Source: Candidatus Saganbacteria bacterium (GTDB lineage: Bacteria > Margulisbacteria > WOR-1 > JAKLHX01). Taken from it: a stretch of DNA of 19,656 nt. Below are positions 1 to 9,090 of this stretch, piece by piece. The position numbers were made by a program, and so were the translations under genes. The notes under the pieces were generated by a model. The model was not told where the DNA came from and did not search any database. It saw nothing but the letters and a program-made list of their open reading frames with translations. The DNA is taken from positions 9,573 to 29,228 of the forward strand of contig JAPLKZ010000003.1 of assembly GCA_026387835.1 (NCBI GenBank), given 5' to 3'. Position 1 is the stretch's first letter. Every line of letters begins with the position of its first letter.

Positions 1-767
1 TTTTTTTCGTGCGTACCCCATCCCATTTCAGCCGGAGCGATGCCTTCTTCCCTGAAACCTTCAACGCTCCAGGTGTTGACGAATTCATTCACTTCTTTGG
101 GCCTGTCCGTTATCTGCGTATCCCTTTCGCTGATATGGACCACTTTTATCGCGAGGAGCATCGCGAGTTTTGGAAAGTCCCCGTCTTTCAGATATTTCTT
201 TATTAACGGCATTCTTTTATCTTTCGGTTTTTTCTTTATCAAAGCTTTTGCGATGTCTTCTATCCCTGCTTTTGTAAAATGCGATACGAGTCCCGGATTG
301 GCGCCGTGTTCGATGACAGCTGTCGCTCCTTTTGTCTTCCATCCTTTTACCATCTCCCTGATAGCCATGTGCCTCACATAGAGCGTCCTGTCTGTCGGGA
401 GCTTGTCTTTTGCGCCCTCATACGGGTCCCAGAGCTCGACAGACGTGTTTATGTACATCACTCCATGGTCATGGCACCACTGAAGTATCTCGCAGCAGTC
501 AATGTTCCAGGCGAGGTCTATTATCATGTCTCCCGGGCCGACATACTGGGCAAGTTTTGTTTTTAAGTTCTTGCGTGTGATTTTATCGACTTTAAACTTT
601 ACTCCGGATTTGACGGATTCTTTTATCCACTTGTTGTTGTCGACAAAATCTATGACTGTAACTTTTTCAGCGGGGACATCTATATGTTTTAAGATAAGAG
701 GGACTGTGCACCTTCCGACGAACCCGCAGCCGATCATAAGTATCCTGCCTTTGAACCTGGGCTTCAT
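1..767 (-). CDS. hss: Homospermidine synthase (partial, C-terminus beyond the left edge)
   Basis: Reverse-strand reading from ATG at 767 gives MKPRFKGRILMIGCGFVGRCTVPLILKHIDVPAEKVTVIDFVDNNKW...NTSVELWDPYEGAKDKLPTDRTLYVRHMAIREMVKGWKTKGATAVIEHGANPGLVSHF. This is a Rossmann GxGxxG start plus the 'GANPG[ML]VS' motif typical of homospermidine synthase. GGAGG ribosome-binding site just upstream. It is missing from the ORF track because it runs off the edge. Confidence 0.85.
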   Translation of the reverse strand, partial: MKPRFKGRILMIGCGFVGRCTVPLILKHIDVPAEKVTVIDFVDNNKWIKESVKSGVKFKVDKITRKNLKTKLAQYVGPGDMIIDLAWNIDCCEILQWCHDHGVMYINTSVELWDPYEGAKDKLPTDRTLYVRHMAIREMVKGWKTKGATAVIEHGANPGLVSHFTKAGIEDIAKALIKKKPKDKRMPLIKKYLKDGDFPKLAMLLAIKVVHISERDTQITDRPKEVNEFVNTWSVEGFREEGIAPAEMGWGTHEK

Positions 768-832
768 CTTATACCTCCACAAAAAATATCAATGAGATTT
801 AATGATAGCATAAAAATATTTTTACAAAAAGA

Positions 833-2704
833 CTACACTTCGATAGGAAGGATAAACAGAGGAATACCCTCGGCGTAAAGATGTTTCTGTATGGTGAACA
901 ATGTATAGTTGTGCATGAATTTTGTGAAGAAAGTTTCGTTTGGGTAAATGACCTGCCCTCCGAAGAAGGTCGCGTTCGGATATTTTTTGATTATCTTCGG
1001 GGCGATCTTCTCAAGTTCAGCTACAGTATCGATGCCGGACAAAGCAAACCCTTCCGTATGGTAACCGTGCCGACGGACAAGTTCGATGTACCTGTCGAGT
1101 TCCATCTTGACTTTCCGTTCAACTTTTTCAACCTGGTCATGTCCCCTGAAAGCAGACGCGTCGATCAGGCCCATCTGGACGAACACAACGTTCTTAAAAG
1201 TACTCCCGAACGAGCGGAATATGCTGAGTACTGTCTTGATCCCTATTCCCGTAAAATCCTTTACAAGTATGATTGCTGTTTTATTGCGAGGGTCAAATTC
1301 CCTTGAACTTTCAGGCACTACGGGGATGCCGGGAACCGGGTTCAATGCCTCGACCTCATCGACCATCCTATCAAGGCTTTTGACCTGATTGTCTGTCTGT
1401 TCGTAGTTTTTCTTTATCAGGAACATCAGGATCGCGACCGAACCTGTTATTACAAGGGTGATCCAGCCTCCGTCATGGAACTTGACGATTATGACGGTCG
1501 TCAATATAAAAGCCGTTATTGAAAGTCCGATCCCGTTCACCAGAAGTTTTTTAAACCAGCCTCGGAGCCTTTTTCGCGCAACCCACCAGTACCTTACCAT
1601 CCCGAGCTGTGAAAGGCAGAACGTTATAAAAACGTTGATGCTGTAAAGGACTATCAGATATACCACGGAACCGTTAGTCGCGGCCATAAGGATGAAAGAT
1701 GCGACACCCATTATAAGTATGCCGTTCATCGTGACGAGCCGGTCCGACAAAAGGGCAAACCTTTTAGGGGCCCAGCGGTCGATGGCCATATTGGAAAGTA
1801 CCCTCGGGCCGTCGATGAACCCGGTCTGCGCGGCCACAAAAAGTATCGCTCCCTCCGAAATAAGGGTCAACAGGATGAAAATATATCCCGGCAAACCCCA
1901 GCTCCCGGCGATCCTGTCAAAAAGAACCGCATTGAGCGTCTTCCCGAATGCCGGCTGGATATTAAAAAGGGTATAACCGAGCATAAGACCTAATACGACT
2001 GTCGCGAGAGATATCATCATATATTTCATCGTGTTCTTGGCGGTCTTGACCTTCGGTTCCCTGAGGATAGGCAGCCCGTTGCTGACAGCCTCTATTCCCG
2101 TATATGTTCCGGCTCCCATACTGAAAGCACGCAATAAGAGCACTAACAAACCGAACATGCCGATCTCATGCCTCGTGGCAGCAATATCATTAGCAGTCGA
2201 TGCGGCAATGCTCGTGAAATTTGGCAGATGTGTAGTGATCGTGACAATTATGACGATCAGATGTGTTATTACAAAAAGTAAAAAGATCGGCATAAGGGTC
2301 AGGACAGATTCTTTTACGCCCCTGAGATTAAGTACTATAAGCACTAACAAAATAGCCAGTGCAAAATAGATCTTGTATTGATAATAGGACGGGGGGAGAA
2401 GACTGAACATGGCATCAGCCCCGCTTGCTATAGAAAGAGTGATCGTGAGCATATAATCTATCAGAAGCGCGCAGCCCGATATCATCCCCGTGACCGGCGA
2501 CAGAAGCTTGCTTGCGACGATATATCCGCCGCCTCCCTGGGGAAAAAGTTCTATTATCTGGGAATAACTTTCACTTATGATAAATATTGTCGCGGCGGTC
2601 ATAAGCGCCACGATCAGGCCCAGGTAATGATGTTTTCCCAATGTGATGAATGCCTCAGGGGGACCGTAGCAGGAAGATGAAAGACCGTCAGACCCTAATC
2701 CCAC
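833..2704 (-). CDS. APC superfamily amino acid/cation permease with a C-terminal soluble domain
   Basis: 623 aa. VGLGSDGLSSSCYGPPEAF N-terminal TM1 motif, multiple hydrophobic segments, and a soluble C-terminal region (~180 aa). GTG start at 2704; the N-terminus looks short (see findings). Confidence 0.8.
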   Translation of the reverse strand: MGLGSDGLSSSCYGPPEAFITLGKHHYLGLIVALMTAATIFIISESYSQIIELFPQGGGGYIVASKLLSPVTGMISGCALLIDYMLTITLSIASGADAMFSLLPPSYYQYKIYFALAILLVLIVLNLRGVKESVLTLMPIFLLFVITHLIVIIVTITTHLPNFTSIAASTANDIAATRHEIGMFGLLVLLLRAFSMGAGTYTGIEAVSNGLPILREPKVKTAKNTMKYMMISLATVVLGLMLGYTLFNIQPAFGKTLNAVLFDRIAGSWGLPGYIFILLTLISEGAILFVAAQTGFIDGPRVLSNMAIDRWAPKRFALLSDRLVTMNGILIMGVASFILMAATNGSVVYLIVLYSINVFITFCLSQLGMVRYWWVARKRLRGWFKKLLVNGIGLSITAFILTTVIIVKFHDGGWITLVITGSVAILMFLIKKNYEQTDNQVKSLDRMVDEVEALNPVPGIPVVPESSREFDPRNKTAIILVKDFTGIGIKTVLSIFRSFGSTFKNVVFVQMGLIDASAFRGHDQVEKVERKVKMELDRYIELVRRHGYHTEGFALSGIDTVAELEKIAPKIIKKYPNATFFGGQVIYPNETFFTKFMHNYTLFTIQKHLYAEGIPLFILPIEV

Positions 2705-2864
2705 CCAGGCAAAAAAAGCTATCTGAATATATTCTTTAAAAGTGTAAAAAAACCAATTTTTTCTTTAGGCATTGCATCAAAAAGACATCTTATCATGAAT
2801 TCCGTCAATATTCTATTGATTTTAACGGTTTACAATGGCCTGAAAAAGTGATATTGTTTATGCC

Positions 2865-3290
2865 ATGAAAAAGGTCCTGTTCATCTGCACGGGTAATTCC
2901 TGCCGGAGCCAGATGGCCGAAGGTCTGCTCAGGGATATGGCAGGCGACAGATTTGAAGTCTTCAGTGCGGGCGTCAGTCCCTCGAGCGTCCACCCGCTGG
3001 CAATAGAAGCTATGAAAGAAGCGGGGATAGACATAACGGGCCACGAGTCTAAAGATGTGTCAAAAGTCCTGGGACGGAAATTCGATTATGTTATAACAGT
3101 ATGCGATCATGCCAAGCAGATGTGCCCTTTCGTTCCCGGGGGCCACAAGAAGATCCACTGGAGCACAGAAGACCCCGTCGGCCTGGGGATAGCAGAGTTC
3201 CTCAAGGTCAGGGATAAGCTTAAAAAGAACATCGAAAAATTTCTCGCTCAGGAAGCCAAAGAATCTTCCGAAAAACTCCAGAAAAACTGA
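2865..3290 (+). CDS. arsC: Arsenate reductase, thioredoxin-coupled type / low-molecular-weight protein tyrosine phosphatase family
   Basis: 141 aa. N-terminal P-loop CTGNSCRSQMAEG and the second Cys motif TVCDHAKQMCPFVPG are characteristic of Trx-type ArsC. Confidence 0.85.
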   Translation: MKKVLFICTGNSCRSQMAEGLLRDMAGDRFEVFSAGVSPSSVHPLAIEAMKEAGIDITGHESKDVSKVLGRKFDYVITVCDHAKQMCPFVPGGHKKIHWSTEDPVGLGIAEFLKVRDKLKKNIEKFLAQEAKESSEKLQKN

Positions 3291-3355
3291 AATTCACGCA
3301 AATATTATCCGATAAAGGATTGTAATCCTATTTTTATTATCAGAGGGGATATATC

Positions 3356-4513
3356 GTGCCAACGAACATTTACAGGTTAGTGCCAGGTGGTTATCTGAAA
3401 CCATCCGTATTGATGGAAAAGCGGAATCTGATAGGCGGTCTCATATTCAATGAACTTTCAAGATTACCATCAGCGCGAAGGATAGATATCGTGCCGTTCA
3501 TTCGTGAAGACGGCATTTTGCCGGTATCAAAAAAACAGATGGTGATACTTTTAAAGCCCGAACTGTGCACGGACAAAGCGCTGACAAAGGCTTTTATCAA
3601 CAAAACTTTGATGGCGATCGCAGGGAACGGTTACAAGGTTCAGGCTATATCTGCTGTCTCCGGTCCTTTTATGAAAGACGCGGGAATTATCGAAAGACAT
3701 TACGGAGTGATAAACAGGATATTCAGGTTGGGTGCCGAAGCCCTGCCGGAAACAGCGAGAAAAAGATTTACCGACATATTCGGATCAAGCCCGGAAGATA
3801 AAAATGTCTTTTCAGGGAAGCAGGCAATAGAAACACTGGACCTTTCGGCAGAAGTCCTTATGGAAAAATGGATGACTGGCGATAAACCGGAAAAATTAGC
3901 GCCTGGAATGTACGCAAAAAAGATCACTATCGACGGCCCTTCCCCTGAAGGATCAAGGACAGTCTGCATCCTTAACGGATTTCATGCAGTCCAGTTAAGT
4001 CATTTTACATCCCAAAACAGCAGGGTCATAGCGATGCTGATCGCCAGCGATTCGCCTTATTTTCCGGACTGGTGGGGCAGGATCCAGTCAATAGCCGCAA
4101 GATCCAGTTATTCAAGCTCCTGGGCGGTTATGAGGAATGATGTATTCGGTGCTACCGATCCCACAAAGGCGAAAAAAGGCAGCCTGAGGGAACGGCTTTT
4201 AAGGACAGGGAAAATTCTGGGTGTAGATCAGGTGGATTTCTTCATGAACGGCTGGCATCTTTCGGCGGGGCCGGTGGAATCGATAAATGAAGCAGCTAAC
4301 TGGTTCGGACTTGCTCCGGCCAAGACGGTGATGGGTGAATTGCTTGTTTCAAGCGGGCTGGGTTCATTGGTCCCGGCTCTGGCAGGTAATTGTCTTATTC
4401 AGCAAAACGGCGGAGAAAAACCTGTTTTTGATGTCACTGAAGGCATGGAACCGGATAAGGCTATTGATCTCATAAAAGAAGCGAACAGGACCGCGGCAAT
4501 AAAAAATATTTGA
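3356..4513 (+). CDS. Divergent, enlarged nucleoside-diphosphate-kinase-like protein
   Basis: 385 aa, GTG start with GAGGGG RBS. Segments resemble NDK in order: MVILLKPE (LIKPD), ...HYG, RVIAMLI (VVAMVLEG), GATDPTKAKKGSLRERL (GATNPxxAxPGTIR), and NGWHLSAGPVESINEAANWF (NxxHGSDSxESAxxEIxxWF). Confidence 0.55.
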   Translation: MPTNIYRLVPGGYLKPSVLMEKRNLIGGLIFNELSRLPSARRIDIVPFIREDGILPVSKKQMVILLKPELCTDKALTKAFINKTLMAIAGNGYKVQAISAVSGPFMKDAGIIERHYGVINRIFRLGAEALPETARKRFTDIFGSSPEDKNVFSGKQAIETLDLSAEVLMEKWMTGDKPEKLAPGMYAKKITIDGPSPEGSRTVCILNGFHAVQLSHFTSQNSRVIAMLIASDSPYFPDWWGRIQSIAARSSYSSSWAVMRNDVFGATDPTKAKKGSLRERLLRTGKILGVDQVDFFMNGWHLSAGPVESINEAANWFGLAPAKTVMGELLVSSGLGSLVPALAGNCLIQQNGGEKPVFDVTEGMEPDKAIDLIKEANRTAAIKNI

Positions 4514-4566
4514 TAAAAGACATTCAATCTGCTAAAATCTTATTATCAAACCGAAAGGAGCCACAC

Positions 4567-4740
4567 ATGCCTACAGAAAGATCCGAGTACCAGGGAAAGC
4601 CGATCCTCATCCTTAGAAGGAGCGACGAGGATAAATATCCTTTTTCCTTCGGGGTGTCAAAAGCAAAACTGCTGCTCGAGAACATCGACGAGATCAAAAA
4701 ATTTGTTGCGGAGAACGACAAGCCGAAAGCCGCTAAATAA
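4567..4740 (+). CDS. Small conserved-looking hypothetical protein (57 aa)
   Basis: The track ORF starts at 4510, but an internal ATG at 4567 is preceded by a strong GAAAGGAG RBS (4553-4560). Protein: MPTERSEYQGKPILILRRSDEDKYPFSFGVSKAKLLLENIDEIKKFVAENDKPKAAK. Confidence 0.65.
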   Translation: MPTERSEYQGKPILILRRSDEDKYPFSFGVSKAKLLLENIDEIKKFVAENDKPKAAK

Positions 4741-4777
4741 CAGATCCCCGATAAACCCGTAAAACAAAAGGCCTGAA

Positions 4778-5710
4778 ATGGAAATATCTTCCGTCAGTTC
4801 GCTGATCGATATGCCGCTCACGCAGATCATTTCCCTCGCGGATAAAGTCAGGTCTGACAATATGGGGAATTGTCTCGACGTCTGCACGATAACCAACGCG
4901 AAAAGCGGCCTGTGCGGCGAGGATTGCAAGTTCTGCGCCCAGTCTTCCCATCATAATGCCGAGATCGAGGTCTACGGCCTAAAATCCAAAGAAAAAATGT
5001 TCAGTGAAGCTGTTGAGGCAAAAAAGAACGGCGCAAAAAGATTCGGGATAGTTACAAGCGGCAACAATCTGACAGAAGAAGAACTCGGTGTAATCGAGCG
5101 CGCAATTAGAGACATATCGGTAAACGTCGGGATCATAGCCTGTGCCTCACTCGGAGCCTTAACAGAAAGTCAGCTTTTGAGATTAAAAAGAGCCGGTCTT
5201 TCAAGATACCATCACAATATTGAGACGTCCCGCAATTTCTATCCCAAAATAGTCTCGACCCATTCTTTCGATGAAAGGATCGATACTATTAAGGCCGCAA
5301 AAAAAGTTGGCTTGCAGGTCTGTTCCGGCGGCATAATCGGCCTCGGAGAAGGATGGCAGGACAGGATAGACATGGCTTTGCTTTTAAAAGAACTCAACGT
5401 GGATTCGGTTCCGATAAATATTCTTGTCCCTATTAAGGGAACGCCGATGGAGGGAAAGACTTACATTACGCCGGTAGATGCTGTCAGGACTATCGCGATG
5501 TTCAGGATCATATTGAAAGACAAGACGATCAAGGTCGCCGCAGGCAGGGAGACTATCCTTAAAGACTACCAGGCGATGGCTTTCATGGCCGGAGCGAACG
5601 GCATGCTTATAGGCGGGTATCTGACGGTGAGGGGAAGGGGCGTTGAGGAAGATCAAAAGTTCATAAAAGAAATAATAAAGATGTGGGAGAATGATAAAAC
5701 TAATGTCTAA
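4778..5710 (+). CDS. bioB: Biotin synthase
   Basis: 310 aa. Radical SAM motif CGEDCKFCAQSSHHNAEIEVY, NIETSRNFYP and CSGGIIGLGE are diagnostic of BioB. Confidence 0.96.
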   Translation: MEISSVSSLIDMPLTQIISLADKVRSDNMGNCLDVCTITNAKSGLCGEDCKFCAQSSHHNAEIEVYGLKSKEKMFSEAVEAKKNGAKRFGIVTSGNNLTEEELGVIERAIRDISVNVGIIACASLGALTESQLLRLKRAGLSRYHHNIETSRNFYPKIVSTHSFDERIDTIKAAKKVGLQVCSGGIIGLGEGWQDRIDMALLLKELNVDSVPINILVPIKGTPMEGKTYITPVDAVRTIAMFRIILKDKTIKVAAGRETILKDYQAMAFMAGANGMLIGGYLTVRGRGVEEDQKFIKEIIKMWENDKTNV

Positions 5711-5797
5711 TGACTAATTCCTAATGACTAATTAATGAAGAATATTATATAAATAATTATTCCTTCATTAGTCATTAGACATTAGTAATTAGTCATT
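5699..5797. repeat. AT-rich inverted/tandem repeat element between bioB and bioF
   Basis: 20-nt perfect inverted repeat ACTAATGTCTAATGACTAAT (5699-5718) / ATTAGTCATTAGACATTAGT (5767-5786). The 10-mer AATGACTAAT occurs at 5709 and 5723, and its complement ATTAGTCATT at 5767 and 5788. Confidence 0.85.
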
Positions 5798-5814
5798 TCT
5801 ATAAGAGGTAGACG

Positions 5815-6954
5815 ATGAATTTTATCGATGATCTTTTAAAACAACGCAAAGAAGACAATAATTTCAGGACCCTTGATCCTGTTTCGTCCAGGAACGGATG
5901 CATCATCACCGTCAACGGCAAAGAATATATCGATTTTTCATCTAACGATTACCTCGGCCTGTCGGGCCATCCGGAGATGATAAAGGCCGTAAAGGAAGCA
6001 GCTGAAAAATGGGGGACAGGTTCGGCGTCCTCGCGCCTCTTGAGCGGAGATAATATCCTTTTTCATGAACTGGAAGAAAAAACAGCGGTCTTCAAATCAA
6101 AAGAAGCATCACTGGTCTTTAACAGCGGATATCAGGCGAATACCGGCATCATCAGCGCCCTTTATTCAAAGGAAGACGTGATATTTGCCGATAAGCTTGT
6201 CCACGCCAGCATAATAGACGGGATACTGCTGTCCGGAGCAAAAATGTTCAGGTTCTCTCATAACGATACCGGGCATCTGAAAGAGCTCTTAATAAAGAAC
6301 AGGAAAAGATTTAAGAACGCTTTGATCGTGACCGAGTCGGTCTTCAGCATGGACGGCGACACAGCGCCGTTAAAAGAACTTGCCGCGATAAAGAATGAAA
6401 ATGACTGCATGCTTATGGCGGACGAGGCCCATGCGACAGGGATATTCGGCGATAAAGGTTCGGGGATGGTCGAAAGAGAAGGGGTTTCCGAAAGTGTCGA
6501 ACTGGTTATGGGGACATTCAGCAAGGCGCTTGGCAGCTTCGGTGCTTATCTGGCATGTTCGAAAAAAATAAAAGAATACCTGGTGAATACATGCAGAAGT
6601 TTCATATATTCAACGGCGCTGCCGCCCGCGGTAATAGCGGCAAACTTAAAAAGCCTTGAATTGGTGAAGAAAGAACCGGAGAGAAGAAAAAAGCTTCTCG
6701 AACTGTCAGTTTATTTCAAAAAACAAATTGAGGAAAACGGGTTCGAGGTCAGGAGCACATCCCAGATCATCCCGGTCGTCATCGGTGAAAATGAAGAGGC
6801 TGTAAAAGTTTCAAAAAAGCTGAAAGAAAAAGGTTTCCGCGCGATGCCTGTCAGGTACCCGACGGTCCCAAAAGGGCAGGCGAGGATCAGGTTCTCGCTC
6901 TCATCACTGCATACCAAAGAAATGATCGATGAGGCCTTAAATGCGCTCAAATGA
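5815..6954 (+). CDS. bioF: 8-amino-7-oxononanoate synthase
   Basis: 379 aa. PLP alpha-oxoamine synthase features: DFSSNDYLGLSGHP, DEAHATGIFGDKGSG, GTFSKALGSFGAY. AGAGGTAG upstream. Confidence 0.93.
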   Translation: MNFIDDLLKQRKEDNNFRTLDPVSSRNGCIITVNGKEYIDFSSNDYLGLSGHPEMIKAVKEAAEKWGTGSASSRLLSGDNILFHELEEKTAVFKSKEASLVFNSGYQANTGIISALYSKEDVIFADKLVHASIIDGILLSGAKMFRFSHNDTGHLKELLIKNRKRFKNALIVTESVFSMDGDTAPLKELAAIKNENDCMLMADEAHATGIFGDKGSGMVEREGVSESVELVMGTFSKALGSFGAYLACSKKIKEYLVNTCRSFIYSTALPPAVIAANLKSLELVKKEPERRKKLLELSVYFKKQIEENGFEVRSTSQIIPVVIGENEEAVKVSKKLKEKGFRAMPVRYPTVPKGQARIRFSLSSLHTKEMIDEALNALK

Positions 6955-7636
6955 TGACGTTTTCACTTGCATAGACAGGGGGAAGCAAAGGACGATCGCG
7001 CTTTTCCCGGGGTGGGCGACCGACAAGGAAATATTCGCAGGTCTGGATATCGACTATAATTTTATCTTTCCCAATCTTTCAGACCCCGGCACTTTGATAA
7101 AAACCTTTCCTTTGTTCTTAGAAAAGAACGGCATAGAAAAGATCTCGCTGCTCGGCTGGTCATTGGGAGGGGTGATAGCCGCGGATATTGCGGGAAAGAT
7201 CCCCGAAAAGATCAAAGAGCTTATCCTGGTCGGCGTCAGGCAGGCTTACACAAAAGAATGGATCGGCAGGGTGAAAGAATATATCAAAAAAAGCAAAAAA
7301 GCATACCTGTATAAATTTTTCCTCGAATGTTTTTCGGCCGGCGATAAAGACGCTCTTGAAAAGTTCAAGGAAGGCCTGATGAAGAAGTATTTTGTAAAGT
7401 TCACTGCCGATGAATTATGCAAAGGCCTTGATTATTTATATCAGAAGCCTATTGTGCCGGACAGCATAACACAGATAAAAAAAAGGTTCATATTCGGGAA
7501 GGAAGATAAAATAGTGCCGGTGGAAGAGATCATAAAACTGAAACAGCTGTTCCCTGAAAGCAGGTTCGTATTCATCGAAAAAGCGGGGCACATGCCGTTC
7601 TTAAACAAAAAAACGGGATTTGCCCTTGACGCATAA
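6941..7636 (+). CDS. Alpha/beta hydrolase, probable pimeloyl-ACP methyl ester esterase (BioH-like)
   Basis: 231 aa. GWSLGG nucleophile elbow, FGKEDKIVP (Asp) and AGHMPF (His). Overlaps the bioF end by 14 nt and precedes bioC. Confidence 0.7.
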   Translation: MRSNDDVFTCIDRGKQRTIALFPGWATDKEIFAGLDIDYNFIFPNLSDPGTLIKTFPLFLEKNGIEKISLLGWSLGGVIAADIAGKIPEKIKELILVGVRQAYTKEWIGRVKEYIKKSKKAYLYKFFLECFSAGDKDALEKFKEGLMKKYFVKFTADELCKGLDYLYQKPIVPDSITQIKKRFIFGKEDKIVPVEEIIKLKQLFPESRFVFIEKAGHMPFLNKKTGFALDA

Positions 7637-7660
7637 AATATAGCTTGAGATAATGTTCAT

Positions 7661-8437
7661 ATGTCCTTCGGCTCAAAAACAAAAGATATAATCAGGAAAC
7701 GGTTCTCCAAATACGCGAAGACTTACGACAAGTACGCGAAGCTTCAGAAATCCCTCGCGGAAAAGCTTTTAAAATATCTCCCCGAAACGCCGGCAAAAGA
7801 TATCCTGGATATCGGTTGCGGTACAGGAGCTCTCACAAAATTACTGCGCGAAAAATTCAAGAGCTCTCATATCACGGCGCTGGACATATCGCCGGAGATG
7901 GTGAAAATAGCGAAGCAAAAGATGGACGACAGCGTGGAGTTCATGGTCGCCGATGGCGAAGAGATGCCGGATGACAAACAGTATGACCTGATCGCTTCAA
8001 ACGCGACGATGCAGTGGTTCTCCAACCTTGACAGGACGATGGCAAAATACAAGAAGATCCTTAAGAAAGAAGGCGCGATAGCATTCACGCTGTTCGGACC
8101 TCTGACTTACCATGAACTGTCGTGGGTGATGGAAGATGTGACGAATAAGAAGATGGTGGTAAATTCAAAGAAATTCCTCGGCAGGCCGGAGATCGAAGCT
8201 ATCCTGAAAAAGCATTTCAAGCATTGCGGTATCAGGGAAGAGATCGTGAAGGAGCATCACAAGACCTTAAGGGCGCTCCTGACGAAGATAAAATATTCCG
8301 GGACGCAGGGCACTTCGATGGCGGGCAACGGGCTTCTCGGAAAAGACGTCCTGAAAAAGGCCGAAGAGCTTTACAAGCGGAAATACAAGAACATACAGGC
8401 GACAAACCAGCTATTCTTCTGCTGGGCATCTCAATGA
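7661..8437 (+). CDS. bioC: Malonyl-ACP O-methyltransferase
   Basis: 258 aa SAM methyltransferase (DILDIGCGTGALTKLL, ASNATMQWFSNLD) located between the BioH-like gene and bioD. Confidence 0.85.
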   Translation: MSFGSKTKDIIRKRFSKYAKTYDKYAKLQKSLAEKLLKYLPETPAKDILDIGCGTGALTKLLREKFKSSHITALDISPEMVKIAKQKMDDSVEFMVADGEEMPDDKQYDLIASNATMQWFSNLDRTMAKYKKILKKEGAIAFTLFGPLTYHELSWVMEDVTNKKMVVNSKKFLGRPEIEAILKKHFKHCGIREEIVKEHHKTLRALLTKIKYSGTQGTSMAGNGLLGKDVLKKAEELYKRKYKNIQATNQLFFCWASQ

Positions 8438-9090
8438 AGCATGTCTTTGTCTGCGGCACCGATACGGGCGTGGGCAAGACGGTGGTTACCGGCCTCCTCG
8501 CAAGATCTCTATTAGAACAGGGATATTCTGTCATCACCCAGAAATGGGTCCAGACCGGGTCAAAGAAGCCTCTCGACATTGAAGAACATCTCAGGATAAT
8601 GGGTATCAAGAAGAAAGACGTTAAGAAGGTCATCGGTCTGATGTGCCCGTATATTTTTAAGTTCCCCGCATCGCCGCATCTTGCGGCAAGGGCAGAAGGG
8701 AAGAAGGCAGACGATAGACAGATAAAACAGAGTTTTAAGAAGCTGGCAAAGATGTTCGATCGTGTGATAGTGGAAGGCATCGGCGGCGCTCTAGTGCCGT
8801 TGAACGAAAAAGCACTTATGATCGATCTTGTAAAGAAACTGGAAATGCCGGTTGTCCTGGTCGTTCCCAACAGGCTCGGTTCGATAAACCAGGCATTGCT
8901 TACGATCGAAGCTTTAAAACAGAGGAAGATAAAAATACTAGCGGTCGTATTTAACGATCATTTCGGAAAGGGCCAGAATAAGAAAGTCCTTAACGAGAAT
9001 GTCCGGATGGTTCAGAAAATATCCGGGGTGAAATGTGTAAGACTAAAAACCAACAAAAGGCCAATGCGCGATATAGCTGCGATAATATAA
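8434..9090 (+). CDS. bioD: Dethiobiotin synthetase
   Basis: In-frame ATG at 8434 overlaps the bioC stop (ATGA). MKHVFVCGTDTGVGKTVVTGLLARSL P-loop and VEGIGGALVPL motif. The track start at 8224 is an artefactual upstream extension. Confidence 0.9.
   Translation: MKHVFVCGTDTGVGKTVVTGLLARSLLEQGYSVITQKWVQTGSKKPLDIEEHLRIMGIKKKDVKKVIGLMCPYIFKFPASPHLAARAEGKKADDRQIKQSFKKLAKMFDRVIVEGIGGALVPLNEKALMIDLVKKLEMPVVLVVPNRLGSINQALLTIEALKQRKIKILAVVFNDHFGKGQNKKVLNENVRMVQKISGVKCVRLKTNKRPMRDIAAII

Noticed and set aside
881-2680. Several opposite-strand ORFs inside the permease gene (881-1306, 1086-1388, 2031-2369, 2378-2680).
   Set aside because: Low-complexity, shadow-frame translations antisense to a clear membrane protein; no domain motifs or RBS support.
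8224-8433. N-terminal extension of the bioD ORF (MRYQGRDREGASQ...).
   Set aside because: Overlaps the bioC coding sequence in another frame; the ATG at 8434 gives the canonical BioD N-terminus with typical ATGA coupling.
8232-8870. 212-aa minus-strand ORF across bioC/bioD.
   Set aside because: Antisense to two clear biotin genes; translation is Ser/Pro/Arg-rich shadow sequence.
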